Shown: positions 10,131 through 22,620 of the stretch, one piece after another | Position numbering within the stretch: position 1 is the first letter of the stretch | How the letters are laid out: each line of letters begins with the position of its first letter | The notes under the pieces: generated by a model | Seen by the model: only the letters and a program-made list of their open reading frames with translations | The model's database searches: none | What the model was told of the DNA's origin: nothing | Assembly (NCBI RefSeq): GCF_000143415.4 | Contig: NW_003314425.1 | Coordinates: 1 to 64,000, forward strand | Reading direction: 5' to 3' | DNA from: Selaginella moellendorffii | Lineage: Eukaryota; Plantae; Lycopodiophyta | Length of the DNA: 64,000 bases | Made by a program: the position numbers and the translations under genes

Positions 10131-13100
10131 CCCCTCTAGGTGCCTTAGTTATACAGCTAGAGCAAAGTTTCAATAAGCCATACTAAGTATCGAAATAGAT
10201 AGTGCTAGCCATATTTGGATTGGGAATATAAACCATTCTTTTGAAGGAGTTAGAATTGGCTCTTGAATATTTCACTAAGTTATCTCATGTCATGACACTT
10301 GCCACATATGGGTCTTTCTTGTGTCTTTTTCTAGAGACTTATTCATTGATCGTTTCAAACTCGTTCTTCAAGCACTTCTTTAAGAGTTCTACTCCTACTC
10401 TCGACTTTTCAAATCAGAGTTTTTGGTCTAAACATGTTATACTTGTTAGACTTCCACTTCGGCCATTGCCATATAGCTTACTTTTTATTCCACTTTAGGG
10501 CTTAGGGATTTGTATCTTACAATTATTTCCTCATTCCTATCTTGATAACTATTGAAAATTTCTTTTCAATACTTCTTTATTCACTTCTTTTTCTTTCACA
10601 ATGTTTCTTCCTTAAATTTTCACACTTTTTCCTCTTTGTTTCGACATTTTATTTTATTTTTCTTCTTCAGAGGGGTAGAAGGGACAAACAAGAGTTTGGT
10701 CCTAATAATGGAGTGAGGACGAATGGATATAATACTAAAGTGAAGATGAATTATATGAATTGTGGAGTGAAAACAAGTATAACAAATCCAAATAGAACAT
10801 ATAACCTTGATGTAATAAGGCCAAATGGATGCAATAATGGAGTGAGACTGAATATCAATGGTTGATTAAAGATGAGTCCAAGAAGTCTAAATGGAATTAG
10901 TGTTTTAGCACTTTTTTTTTTTCAAGGAAGGGTGAGGAAGATGAATAGAGTGAGTCTAACCTATATAATGCTAAACAAGGACAAATGTTGTGAGCCTGAG
11001 TTAACACCAAAAGTTCATCAAAGGGAAGATATAAAGATAAGTTTTGCTAATGGTTATAAGTTTGAGTTAAATAATGGCCAACAAACAGATTGAGAGATGG
11101 GATGTATTATTTGCTACAATAGTGGTATATGAATTACATTAGTTCTCAAAGTCCCTTACTTTGGTTCAAAATTATAGATTCAAGGTTAGTTTGAACATTT
11201 GACAGCTATACATAGAGTTATAGTTGGTTCATCAGGATTTTCCTGCAAATTTTAGCCTCTTCATAAAGGCCTTCACAAGATTATTTCATATATAAAAACC
11301 TTAGATTTTCTTCCTTTTCAATTTTATTTAAATTATGTTTATTTAATTTAAGTATTTTATTTGCATTTACAAGTACATATATCTTACTTTTGTACTATAT
11401 GTATAGTGGCATATTATGACCCATTGCTAAACATCAAAGATAAAAGGCTTATCCTTGCTTAAATTAAGCTATATCTTGTTTTGAGCTTCCAACCCCACTT
11501 TATTGTAGGTTAAGTTCCCATGTACTTTTAGGGCAGTGGGAGGTGAGCACTGCAAGTGTGAAGTCGATAGGAACCCATAGTAAAGTGATGAGTGCCACAA
11601 ATGGTATTGGGAGTTGGAGCAGTGTGATCACACACTATGCCAGATTGTTGTTGATCCATTGCATTAACCTTATTCCTTGGAACAACATAAGCTTTCTGTA
11701 TCACACAGTTATAATCAGAATTAGAAACTTGCTTCTCCTAATTAATTCTAGAGTGCAGCATGACAGAAGTACATATGCTCAAAATGCAAAATATGTATAT
11801 GTTTTCTAAAACCATAAAGCTCTTTGGAGGTGATTTAGAAGAATTCATTAACACAAAAAAAATTTCTTACTTAAATGCTCTACTTATTTAACATTTGCCT
11901 AATTAGAAAATTTAGAATATTAAAGTGGTGTGTGAGAGTTCTTTTTGTGGAAAAGTTGCTGGAGCAAGCTCTCTGGCTCTTCAGAACCTAGCTTTTGCCA
12001 CAAAATGAAATGTCTATTGAATTAGCGGCTTCAATCAAAGATTGCCCTCTGTGATACTCTTGAATAGAATGCAAGGATGCCATGACACTTTTACCCTACT
12101 GTAATATTGCAAGATGCAACATAGGTCCTGGTTAGTATTTGGATTCTCTCTGGTAGCACAAAGTAATATTGAGTTTACCAGGTTACAGTCCAGAGCATTG
12201 ATAAGAATTAGCAATGACTTTTATAGACACACCTCACTAAATTATAATTTGAATTTACAATTTTACTTGTTATATTTAGCAAGAAGTTTAGATAGTGAGA
12301 GATAGACATCCTCATCTATATTGGACACTTTTGTTTCATTTTCTTGAATTGGATGCAATTTCTATCCTATGTGTGGCACTCCATCTAAAGTAGAAAGCTT
12401 CTTTCCTATTGACATTGGTTAATGAAAACATTGGGGCTAGTATGTGGAGTGTGAGTGTTAAAAAGTGTTACATGTTTGACAAATATCATGGCCTGGATAT
12501 TATACAAAATTATCAATATTTCATTTTTTTATTACTGTATAACATAAATTGTCCCATAAGTCAAATTCTATTTCTTCTTACTAATCAATCTAAAGTTAAG
12601 TACTGTTTAGCTTGCATGATAGAACAAAAAAATTATTATAATTAATAAAATATTTATAAAAGTGTAAAGTGATATCAAGTACAATTTTTTGGCTTCATAT
12701 AATTATTATTAAACTATTTTTTTGCACATTGAACTATAGTAAAATTAGGTAATCTTTTCTGATAAAAATATTTTCTATAGAGCAGAGGTGAATTCTCTTT
12801 CTTTTAATTTATATGTGTTTTTATTAAATATATCTATAAGATGGAAATTCATCCCAAAAACACATTTATTTTATTTAGGTCAGCATAGCTAGATTCTTTG
12901 CTAGTGCTACTAAATTTTAAAACAAAATTATAATATACTTAAATTTTAATCAACCCTTTCTTAGAAGAGGCTAAAGCCCTTCTAGAAATAAGATTGGTTT
13001 TTTAACATTTTATGTTTTATGGTTTATCAAATATTAGTATAAAAAGGTATGGAATGAAATTTAAATTGTCATATCTGTTATGACGATTTTAGTTTCGATA

Positions 13101-13202
13101 AAATTATTAATTATTTAAAAATAAAATAATTTATTTATATATTTTATTTTATTTTCATTATAAATTTTTTTAAAAATAATTGGTTTATTTAACTGAAAAA
13201 AC

Positions 13203-14093
13203 ATGAAAATATATAAATTCTTATCTTTTTATTTTCTTGTTTTTTATTTTGTTGAATCTGCACCATCATCAGAAATTAGTTGGGGTCTTAATGATACATT
13301 AAATGATAATGAGGTTGGAATGATTATAAATAATTTTGATTTACTTACAAGAGAGATTAAAACAGGTAAATATGCTAAATATCCAGCAAATTATGAAAGG
13401 TCAGTACAATTTAGCTTTGATAGAGGGGTTATGATTATACAACTAAAAAGAAGAAATAATTCTCCCCCAAATTGTATTATGGAATCTCCAAATGAAGTAA
13501 ATGGAAATATGTTAAGAACAAATTTTAAGGATCTATTTAGAGTATATGTAGAAGATATAATTATTGCACGCTCTACAAAGTGTATAATTAATGCTCGTAA
13601 GTATCAAATTCAATATTCTATTTTCATTGCTAGGAGATTTTATGATATGTATTCAAATTCATTTTTATCTTCAAGTAATAATTGTGATAAAATCTTAACA
13701 TCTTTAAATTCTGCATTTCAAAATAACATAATCTATACAGGTCAATTTTTAGTATCTCCAAATGGAAAAAATGTATTATTATTAGAATCAAATTGCCAGA
13801 TTTCTTTGTATTCTGAGAGAAATTTATTATGGAATTCATCACATACTATAGCTTATTATGGTCTATGTTATTTAATAGTTCAAAAAGATGGTAATATTGT
13901 ATTATATACTCAAAATAATTTAGTAATTTGGTCTATTAACAAATACTGCTTTGAAACGCCTAATTGCTTTTTATTTACCAACCTTCAATTACAAGATGAT
14001 TGTAACTTAGTATCTTATGTACCATATCTTGAAAAATCTATTATATGGTGGGATACAAAAACAAATAATCATATTTTATGTGTAAAATTATAG
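13203..14093 (+). CDS. Secreted protein with C-terminal bulb-type (GNA-like) mannose-binding lectin domain, intronless, very AT-rich
   Basis: Signal peptide MKIYKFLSFYFLVFYFVES; QxDxNxVxY motifs QKDGNIVLY and QDDCNLVSY; typical 'GQFLVSPNG' start of the B-lectin domain. Confidence 0.8.
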   Translation: MKIYKFLSFYFLVFYFVESAPSSEISWGLNDTLNDNEVGMIINNFDLLTREIKTGKYAKYPANYERSVQFSFDRGVMIIQLKRRNNSPPNCIMESPNEVNGNMLRTNFKDLFRVYVEDIIIARSTKCIINARKYQIQYSIFIARRFYDMYSNSFLSSSNNCDKILTSLNSAFQNNIIYTGQFLVSPNGKNVLLLESNCQISLYSERNLLWNSSHTIAYYGLCYLIVQKDGNIVLYTQNNLVIWSINKYCFETPNCFLFTNLQLQDDCNLVSYVPYLEKSIIWWDTKTNNHILCVKL

Positions 14094-14369
14094 TATATTT
14101 TTTCAAGTTATTTATATTTATGATTTCTTAGTTCTTAGATAGATATGAAGCTAGGTATTCAAACTTGCTCCCTAACCCTCCACATGTCCCTTATATTACC
14201 GTAGCATGCACAACCCAACCGGGATATTTCTACAAAACAATAAAAAAGCATATACAACATAGAGGGAGAGTTCTTTCCAAAAGTGAATAGTCTCTTAGTA
14301 GACATTGATTGAGCGTAATCACATTAATCTTGGTTGAAGCTCCTTTTTGTCCTATTTTGGGCTCTGTCC

Positions 14370-16260
14370 TTGCAAGGAGTAGTTTTTTTACATACTGGAT
14401 CAGAAGAATTGGCCACCTCGATCAAGTGATCTTATCCATGGAAAAAAAATGGATCTTATTTGATGTCCAACTTGGTTTATGTCTGTAGCTTTTGAGAAGA
14501 ATGACATGCTGGAATTGTAGAAGGCTAGTAATGCAATTCTTCAACTGTCACTTTTTTATAGAATATCTTTGCAGAAGTCTAAGTAAACTTTAAGGCATGG
14601 ATCTGGGGGCTCGCCAGAGTCGTCGTTATTGTCAGAGCACTGATAGTATAACATTCCTTTATCATACTAATCTCTTAAAGTCCACACCCTTGCATGGAGT
14701 AGTTTTTTGCATGTTGAATTTGCTAGGAAGAATTGGCAACCTTGATCAAGTTGAAGATCTCATCAAAATTCTTTGATTTCCAACTTGTTTTACGTCTGTA
14801 ACTCTCAAGAAGAATGATATGTTGGAATTATAGAAAGCCAGACTTCTGCAAAGAAAAAATAAAGAGAAAGAGACAAGTTAAGGAATTGCATTGCTGTATT
14901 GCTGTAAGAAGTTTTTACATCATTTATTCATCTATATTCACTTTTAGCTTTCAAACTCTTAGCATCACTCATTATATATGTGAAGTAGAACCTTCCTTTG
15001 TCTTACTAATACCTCCCAAACTATGTGTTACCTTTTGACATATCATATCTAATGTTATGTATGATACTTTAGATGTTTTACTTCCCATTGGGATGTGATG
15101 GTTCAAAAGTCAACATTTTTGGTTTAAGTGTGTTATGTTTGTTGGGCTTTCACCTTGGCCACTCCCACTTAACACACCTTTTGCTCCCTTTTTAGGACTT
15201 GGACCACGCTTCAAGTCTCACATGTCTCAAGAATGCAAGCTATCTGGCTAGTCACCTTTATAAAGTTTGAGGGTTGGAGAGCTTCCTGGTGTGCCAGAAC
15301 TGGGCCTTCTCGTAAGCTTAAAGCTAAAAGTGATCCAACTGATATTATCTCTGCAGCTCATCCTGTTAAATACATCTCTAGCTTGTGAAATTCTGCCTCG
15401 TTTTGCATTTATGTTTAGCAGTGCCTTTTGGATTAATTCAGCTACTGGAAATTAATGTACTTGGTCTTATGCAGAACAGTACAATCCCAGAATAATCCAG
15501 ATTGTGGGTATGAGCCTTTCTTGGCAAATGCTGCTAGAACTGATATATATGCTCACTAGCGAATTCTGGATCACCATATTGGATGATGATGATCTTAGCA
15601 TATGCCCAGGAATGGGCATCCCTTGGAGGTTCTCTAAATCTTTCATGGAATGGATCATGTCGATGAAAGACATACATCCCACATAGATTCATCTCGAGAG
15701 GGTTTTGCCCAACGAGTTCGTCTTCTTGGTTCTTACAATGTGCTGCTCTCGGACAAGGGCTGGTAATTCACCAACGGACATGGTGATCAAAGGCAGCACG
15801 GGCCAGCATTGGAATGTAGTCACGGTGGACGTGGATTACTCTGCCAAGAACTGCAATAACCTCGCACGTTTCTGGATCTACTATCTTGAATGCATAACAA
15901 TGTCAAGTTTGGTCATTGTGGAGCTTCAAAGTTTAGCTCCCGGTTGCTTAATTTTGCCAATTCAAGCGAGCCGAGCCTTCTTTCGTTTGCTTTTCTTCTT
16001 TTCCAAGGAACAAGCTGTGAAGTTCTTCAACGAGAGCCAGTTATCCTTATGGGCAAGCTATGAAAATGATCCAGAGATCATTTTTGGCTTTTTTTTTTCT
16101 TTTTGTCACTTGGGTGGATCAATCTATTTGGCACCTTTGATCGATCTAATGCCATGACAACATCCACGACAAGAATTCGGTCATAAAAATCCATGGCGAG
16201 ATTCTTTGGAGCATAGAAGTTATTTGATGAGCTTTAAAATGGCGTTGGTGCCATCTAACA
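14370..16260. pseudogene. Decayed PLS-class PPR gene fragments (both strands), including a diverged local duplication (~14377-14530 vs ~14696-14845)
   Basis: Broken-frame translations such as 'DSITF', 'MLNLLGRIGNLDQVEDLIK' and 'VIQNSLVSIY' resemble PPR motifs; many stops and frameshifts. Confidence 0.5.
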
Positions 16261-16700
16261 TCTGGCAGTGGTTGCGGTGTCAAAAAGAGGTAGCTTCAAG
16301 AGAAGCGTTCTCTAGAGTGGACCCCTCGAGATTTCCGTGCCTTTAGTGGTGGTTGTAGTGAGCCGGTGCTGAGTCAGCATCACGGTATCCGACGTGGAGG
16401 GTGGTGGCATGTCCACGCTAGCACCCAACAAGCTAACAAACGCCCGGTCGCATTCACACTCACCATCTTTTTTGTTTGGCTTTAGGTAAAGAAAAAGAAT
16501 GAATTAGCTACCACTGGCAATGGCGACCAAGAAACAACGCGCGATTGAGCGAGGAGAGGGATCCTAGGGCGGGATGGAGCGAGCAGCGCGGTCAAGGCCG
16601 CCAGCGAGCTAGACGCGGGCGCTACGGCGCAGCGCAATGCGGGGCTGATCTCTCTCTCCCTCTCCCTCTCCGCGTTGTCTCTGTTCTTGGCGATTTCGGG

Positions 16701-18210
16701 ATGGGAGCTGCCTGGATCGCTCTGGCGCTGGGGCTGGCGCTGTGCGCATCCGCGGAGCAGCAGCAGCAGCACGAGAGAATTTCAGGTGGGTTGGATCTGG
16801 CAAGAATGTAGGGTTTGTCGCGCAATATTATTCCCATTTCTTGGCTTCTTGCTCTGGCGCTGATCGACGCTTCTCGGATTTCCACTCTACAGGCAGCGCT
16901 GGCGATGTTTTAGAGGACGATCCCGTCGGCAGGCTCAAGGTCTTCGTCTACGAGCTCCCAGTCAAGTACAATAGAAAAGTTTTGGAAAAGGATCCTCGCT
17001 GCCTCACTCACATGTTTGCGACCGAGATTTTCGTTCACGAATTTCTTCTAGGCAGTGCTGTGCGCACTCTCAATCCTGAGGAAGCAGACTGGTTCTATAC
17101 TCCAGTCTACACTACCTGCGATTTGACACCGAATGGATTGCCGCTGCCTTTCAAGTCTCCCAGGATGATGCGAAGTGTGATCCAATACATTTCGAATCAG
17201 TGGCCTTACTGGAACCGGACGGAGGGTGCTGATCATTTTTTCGTTGTTCCTCACGACTTTGGAGCTTGCTTTCACTACCAGGTTGGTTTGAATTTTCTAT
17301 ACATCTTTCTTTTGCTTTAAGTCTACTAACTCGCGTCACTCTTCTTTTTGGCTTTTTCTTTTTTCTTTGAAATTTTAGGAGGAAAAAGCGATCGAGCGCG
17401 GAATTCTTCACTTGTTGCAGCGCGCTACTTTAGTCCAAACTTTCGGGCAGAGGTATCATGTCTGCTTGAAGGAGGGCTCCATTGTGGTACCTCCTTACTG
17501 CCCTCCACAAAAGATGCAGGCCCATCTCATCCCACCGAGCATACCGCGCTCTATCTTCGTCTACTTTCGGGGTCTTTTCTATGACTACGGCAACGATCCG
17601 GAAGGAGGCTACTACGCAAGGTAAAGTTCTCTCAATACATAGAAAAGCTTTGTTTGAAAAGATCTTATTCCGTTCTGACATTTTCTGCTCATGCAGGGGT
17701 GCTCGTGCTGCTGTTTGGGAGAATTTCAAGGATAATCCTCTCTTTGACATCTCTACCGAGCACCCGATTACGTACTATGAGGACATGCAGCGAGCTATCT
17801 TCTGCCTGTGTCCACTGGGCTGGGCTCCCTGGAGCCCCCGACTCGTGGAGGGAGTGATCTTCGGCTGCATTCCAGTGATCATCGCGGACGACATAGTCTT
17901 GCCGTTTGCCGACGCGATTCCGTGGGAGGAGATTGGAGTGTTCGTTGCAGAGAAGGACGTGCCGAAGCTGGACACCATCCTCACGTCCATTCCACCAGAG
18001 GTGATCCTCAAGAAGCAACGGCTGCTAGCTACACCCGCCATGAAACAGGCAATGCTCTTCCCTCAACCGGCTCAACCGGGGGACGCGTTCCATCAGATCC
18101 TCAACGGGCTCGCTCGCAAGCTTCCGCACGACCGGAGGATATATCTCAACCCAGGGGAGAAGGCTCTGAATTGGAGCTCCGGCCCTCCTGGAGACTTGAA
18201 ACCATGGTAG
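16701..18210 (+). CDS. IRX10: GT47/exostosin family IRX10/GUT-like beta-1,4-xylosyltransferase (4 exons)
   Basis: Signal/anchor MGAAWIALALG; ERISGSAGDVLEDDPVGRLKV, NPEEADWFY, EGADHFFVVPHDFGACF, CLCPLGWAPWSPRLVE and the GDLKPW terminus; three short GT-AG introns. Confidence 0.93.
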
Positions 18211-19749
18211 AGCAGGGATCGATCGTTGGCAAAAGAATGCGATGACGCTCGCGCGCAACGCAAACTACGATTTAGTTTTTGGAGACGACGAAGCTGACAA
18301 CTTAACAAGAACAGCAAGAGAAACACGCTTGACAGAGAGTCTAGGAACTGGCACCAGCTGTTGCAGCTTCTGAGGCACTGGTAAGCTTCGATGCGGTGGA
18401 TCGTTTTCCCATTGTGTACTCACTCCGTGTTCTTTGCAGGTGTCGTGTTTTACTCTTCTAGTTTTGTTGGTTTCTGGAGATCTTCGAGGGAGCCTTGGTG
18501 GTGTAAAATATGTGCATTCGGCAGCAGTGGCAACGACGATTTGTGCTGGTGTTTTGATCGAAAATTCTTTTCATTTTTGGCAATTTGTTGCCTCGCTTGA
18601 TCTTTGTGCAAAGCAGAGCATTTTCTCTCATTTTTCTTTGCGCTTTTGTTCTTCCAGTGTCATCGGGAGAAGTGTTTAATTGTAACTGTCACCGGCATGT
18701 AGGTCCCATGCTGTGTGTTCGCTGCAGCGCTAAGGTGGCGGACTACTCTTCCAAGCAAGGCGGGGGTTAGGCAGGCGTAAACCAGATTACGCTGGACTGG
18801 TTGCGATCAGGATGGCCGTGCGTTTCTTAAGAACCTGGCGGACTTCCTGGATCTTCCAGAAAGGATGAGAGTTAGAAGTCCGGCATGGGAAAATGGAGGT
18901 AGGCTCCACTTCTAGCATACAGATTGGGCACGCGCCGCTGGCTCCCTGGTGTTGGTGGCATCCCCTTCTGCCTGCCGCGACGTGTAGATTATGCGCGTAG
19001 AAAAACTGGCAAAAAGTTAATGCCAGATGTTATTTTGGAAGTTGTTTTTTTTGTAAGACTTTACTTCTGGACTTGTGATATGAAACCAGCAATGTAACTC
19101 TCATACTTCGTGAAGAATTTTATGGGAGCTGAAATATCAAATGTTAGACCTGCACTTTGAAAAATTCTTAGAAAATTCAAGTAATTGGAAGCTAAGAATA
19201 CTACCTTGGGAAAAACTGCGTCTCTCAGAACAGTAAAAGGTGAAAATGAAATTCAACTGAACCTTGAAACTGTAATGCAGTCTCAGCAGCATAGAAACCT
19301 CAGAAGGGATTTTCTCGAAGAGGTCTTTGAACTGCGGGATAGAATTTTTTAGTAGAAAATAAAGATCAATTTAGATACCTTAGGAAGATGATTTTCATTT
19401 ACTTCCTCCTTAGCAATATAGAAATGTCTACTTTATAATAAAAGAAAAAAAGCGGAAGTACTCCCCTGGATTGCTTGAGCTAGTCATAGAAATGGATGCT
19501 TAACGAAAGCCCTGGGGTATTGTGGCAAGAGGATGGCACAAACAACTTGGCAACCATCTTATCATCTTTTCTATTGGTTACTTAAGAAGTTTAGGACAAC
19601 CTCATCAAATATATGATTTAAATGGCTCTTATGTTATGGCACAAGGTTTTCAACAAGAAAAGAGGAAACAAAACGCCCTCTCAAAAGAGATAGACCATTC
19701 CAATAATTTACAGCCCACCTGTGTAGTGTAAAAAATACACGCGCCAGTT

Positions 19750-21241
19750 CTAAAGAAAATAGGGAACACTGGCCCTGGGTGCCAACATCGCGCTGTTCTC
19801 TTCGGTCTCTGTGAAGAACTTCACATCCCGTTCCTTCGAAGAGAAAAAGAAAGAAACCTCAGCTCGCTCAAATCGACAAAACAAGAGCAGCGCTCACCAT
19901 CACGTCGTTAAAGCTTAGAATGGATGCCACGTTTCCACAGCGGTAGCAGTAGTTTGGTGCTGACCAAACCTGAAGGTTTCGACACCCGCAAGTTAAGAAA
20001 GCTAGTCTCGTCTAGAACAGAACTTTGTTACCGTGACAAGGCTTTTATCTGGAAACATGTACTTCAATCCCTCCTGTACTAGTTGATGTGCTCGGCACAC
20101 CAGCTCCAGACCATTGATGTGATTAAACTGTGGAAAAAGGAGACGGACAGAAGCATATAAGGATTTCTCAGCTCGTTTATCACTTGCCTCGGAAGTAACC
20201 CGTGCACCAAATAGCCATCCGGCACCACGGGGGCTAACTCCCCACGCTTCAATGTCCTCCGGATCGCTCCACATGAGATCACAAAATGGACCTTCATGAG
20301 GTATCTCGCATTGCCTCTCTATCACTCTGATCTGCAAAGGTTGAAAGAGAGAAAACCAAAAGAATGAGAGCTGGAGTTCAAAGGTCAATAGCTTTGATAC
20401 CTGGTCAATGGATCTCACGTCAGGTGATAGACCACCGTGCACGCAGAGCACCTGAGAGTACAACGTCATGCACGACAAAGGAAAAAAGAATTTTTGATAA
20501 GACTTACTCTGCCGTCGATGATCGCAGAGATAGTTAGATAATCGAAAACGTCAGTGCAGTAACGCCAAGCGTTTGGATTTCCATACTTCCGCTCGCATTC
20601 ATCATAGAAACCATACACCTGGAAGCTCAAACAACGCGTTAGAAAGATAATTCTTTTCGTTGGGGAGAACAAAAGTTTTTTTTAAAAAAATCGAGAATCA
20701 CCTGCGTAATTTGTCTGCTCTCGTGATTTCCTCTCAAGAGAGTCATATGCGCAGGATACCTTATTGAGAAACCAGACCCATTGTGTCTTCCGATTTGGAA
20801 AGAAAAGAATTTGCAAACCTCGCTTTGAGAAGAAGAAGAATTGTAAAAACCTCGAGGCTGTTATATCCACGATCCACGAAATCACCCTGGAAAGGAAGAG
20901 CAATGGAAGCAATGTAAGAAACAACTAGATTCAAAGAGCTCGATTTTACCATAAAGATGTAATTTGTGTGAGGGACGTGCCCACCAGTATGGAAGAGCTT
21001 CATCAAATCGTGGAACTGGCCGTGAATATCGCCGCACACTGTCACTGGACTGTCTACTGGCTGCACATTGGACTCCTCTACCAAAATCTCCTTCACCTGG
21101 AACCGGCCCTAAGGATCCATGGCGAGAGGCGAAACAAGAGCAAGGAATTGCGGCACTCACATATTCACACAGCTGCTTGAGCTCGTCCTCGAGTAGATGC
21201 TGCCCGGATTTCACTTTCTCGATCCACTGATCCAAGTCCAT
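19750..21241 (-). CDS. FYPP: Serine/threonine protein phosphatase 6 catalytic subunit (FyPP-type)
   Basis: [11 protein letters not shown] start; [33 protein letters not shown] and RAHQ motifs; VPYFL terminus; multi-exon. Confidence 0.93.
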
Positions 21242-22620
21242 GCCCGCCCCCCGCCACGAACGAGCCGCCCTAAAATGTGGGGATCCCTGGATTAAAAACT
21301 TCTGTTCATCAAAACAAAATACTAATAAGATATTAAGTGGGGCGTTGCAAGTTGTTTGTGTCAAATTCCTTTTGCTACAATCCCCAGGGTTTTCTTTGAG
21401 TATAGGGCTAACTCCAGCAACAAAGATGGAGACCTTCCACTTTGTTTCTTATATTAAAATGCAAACCTTTTTGTTTTTATTGCAAAAGAGGAGGTGAATG
21501 AAAATCATCTTCCTCAGGTAACAAAATTGATCCTTATTTTATAATCAATTTGCAATTTTATCTCAAAGTAGTTTTCACTTAAAGACCTCTTCAGCATCAT
21601 TAAGGTCTTTAAGGAGAAATCTCTTCCAAGGATTTTTTGTTGAAATTTGAATTTCTTTTTTACCTTCTATGGTTTACTTTACTTCTAACTCATCAATGGA
21701 AAATATCTCATAGCATAATGATTAAAATTTTAAAAGATCTATCAGGAAATTGGAGAGACACAAAGTTAGTTTACAATTACATAAATCTTGCCAAGAACTT
21801 TTCAATATGCAAGTGTAGCATTTGATATTTTAACTTCAGAAGCTTTAAATGGGGTAGCAATATTTGTATAAGTTTTTGGGAGGTAGTTTACAACGGGTAG
21901 TAAAGGCTAATCTGCCCTGTTTTCTTATAGTACTTATTGTACTTATCTTATTGTACTCAGCTGATATTGATTATTTAGTGCAGGAATGACAATGTTTTAG
22001 GTTCATTTCCACCAAGCAAGCAATAAGCAACTCACTTCATAACCCATAATCTAAATTAATTGTGCAATAGCATGGAAAGACCTTTTTTTAGCAAATGCTT
22101 GCTGGAATAATATGTGGTAAGAACATTTGAGTACAAAGGTTTGCTATAAAGATTTTGAAGCATACTTATTTTTCAAAAGATAATATGAAAGAGTCAATTA
22201 CATATATAGCATGAATCATTTTACATTTTAACACTCACTTTTAATAATCTTTTCAACATATTTAAAATTATAAACTTCTAATTGATCATTTGGATCTATT
22301 ATTAAGCAAACCAAGCATTACTTTACTGCATATAACATGTAACACCACAAGACTGCAAAATTGGATAGATCTTAAATTTCGAAAACCTTTAATCCCAATA
22401 CAACTTCATCATACAGCAGTAGTGATGTTCATGATTTTGGCTGCTACAGGCCCTCAAAAAACTGAAGGCTTCGGAATAGATACCCCTACAACGGTGTCTT
22501 CCTCTTCAAAGGTTTTCCAATCATTTAGAACTTTAAGTATTATTACATATTTTTTGGGCATTAGGCCACAATGAAATGGATGCAAATGGATTTCCTTTAT
22601 CACTCTTGTCCCTCCCAGTG

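Noticed and set aside
8820-11118. tgtagc...gctaca as the two ends of a 2.3-kb LTR
   Set aside because: A 6-bp match can arise by chance, and no second LTR or TSD confirms it
20752-20760. GTATCCTG as a possible second U12 donor in PP6
   Set aside because: It is exonic (R-Y-P-A-H) immediately after an AG acceptor
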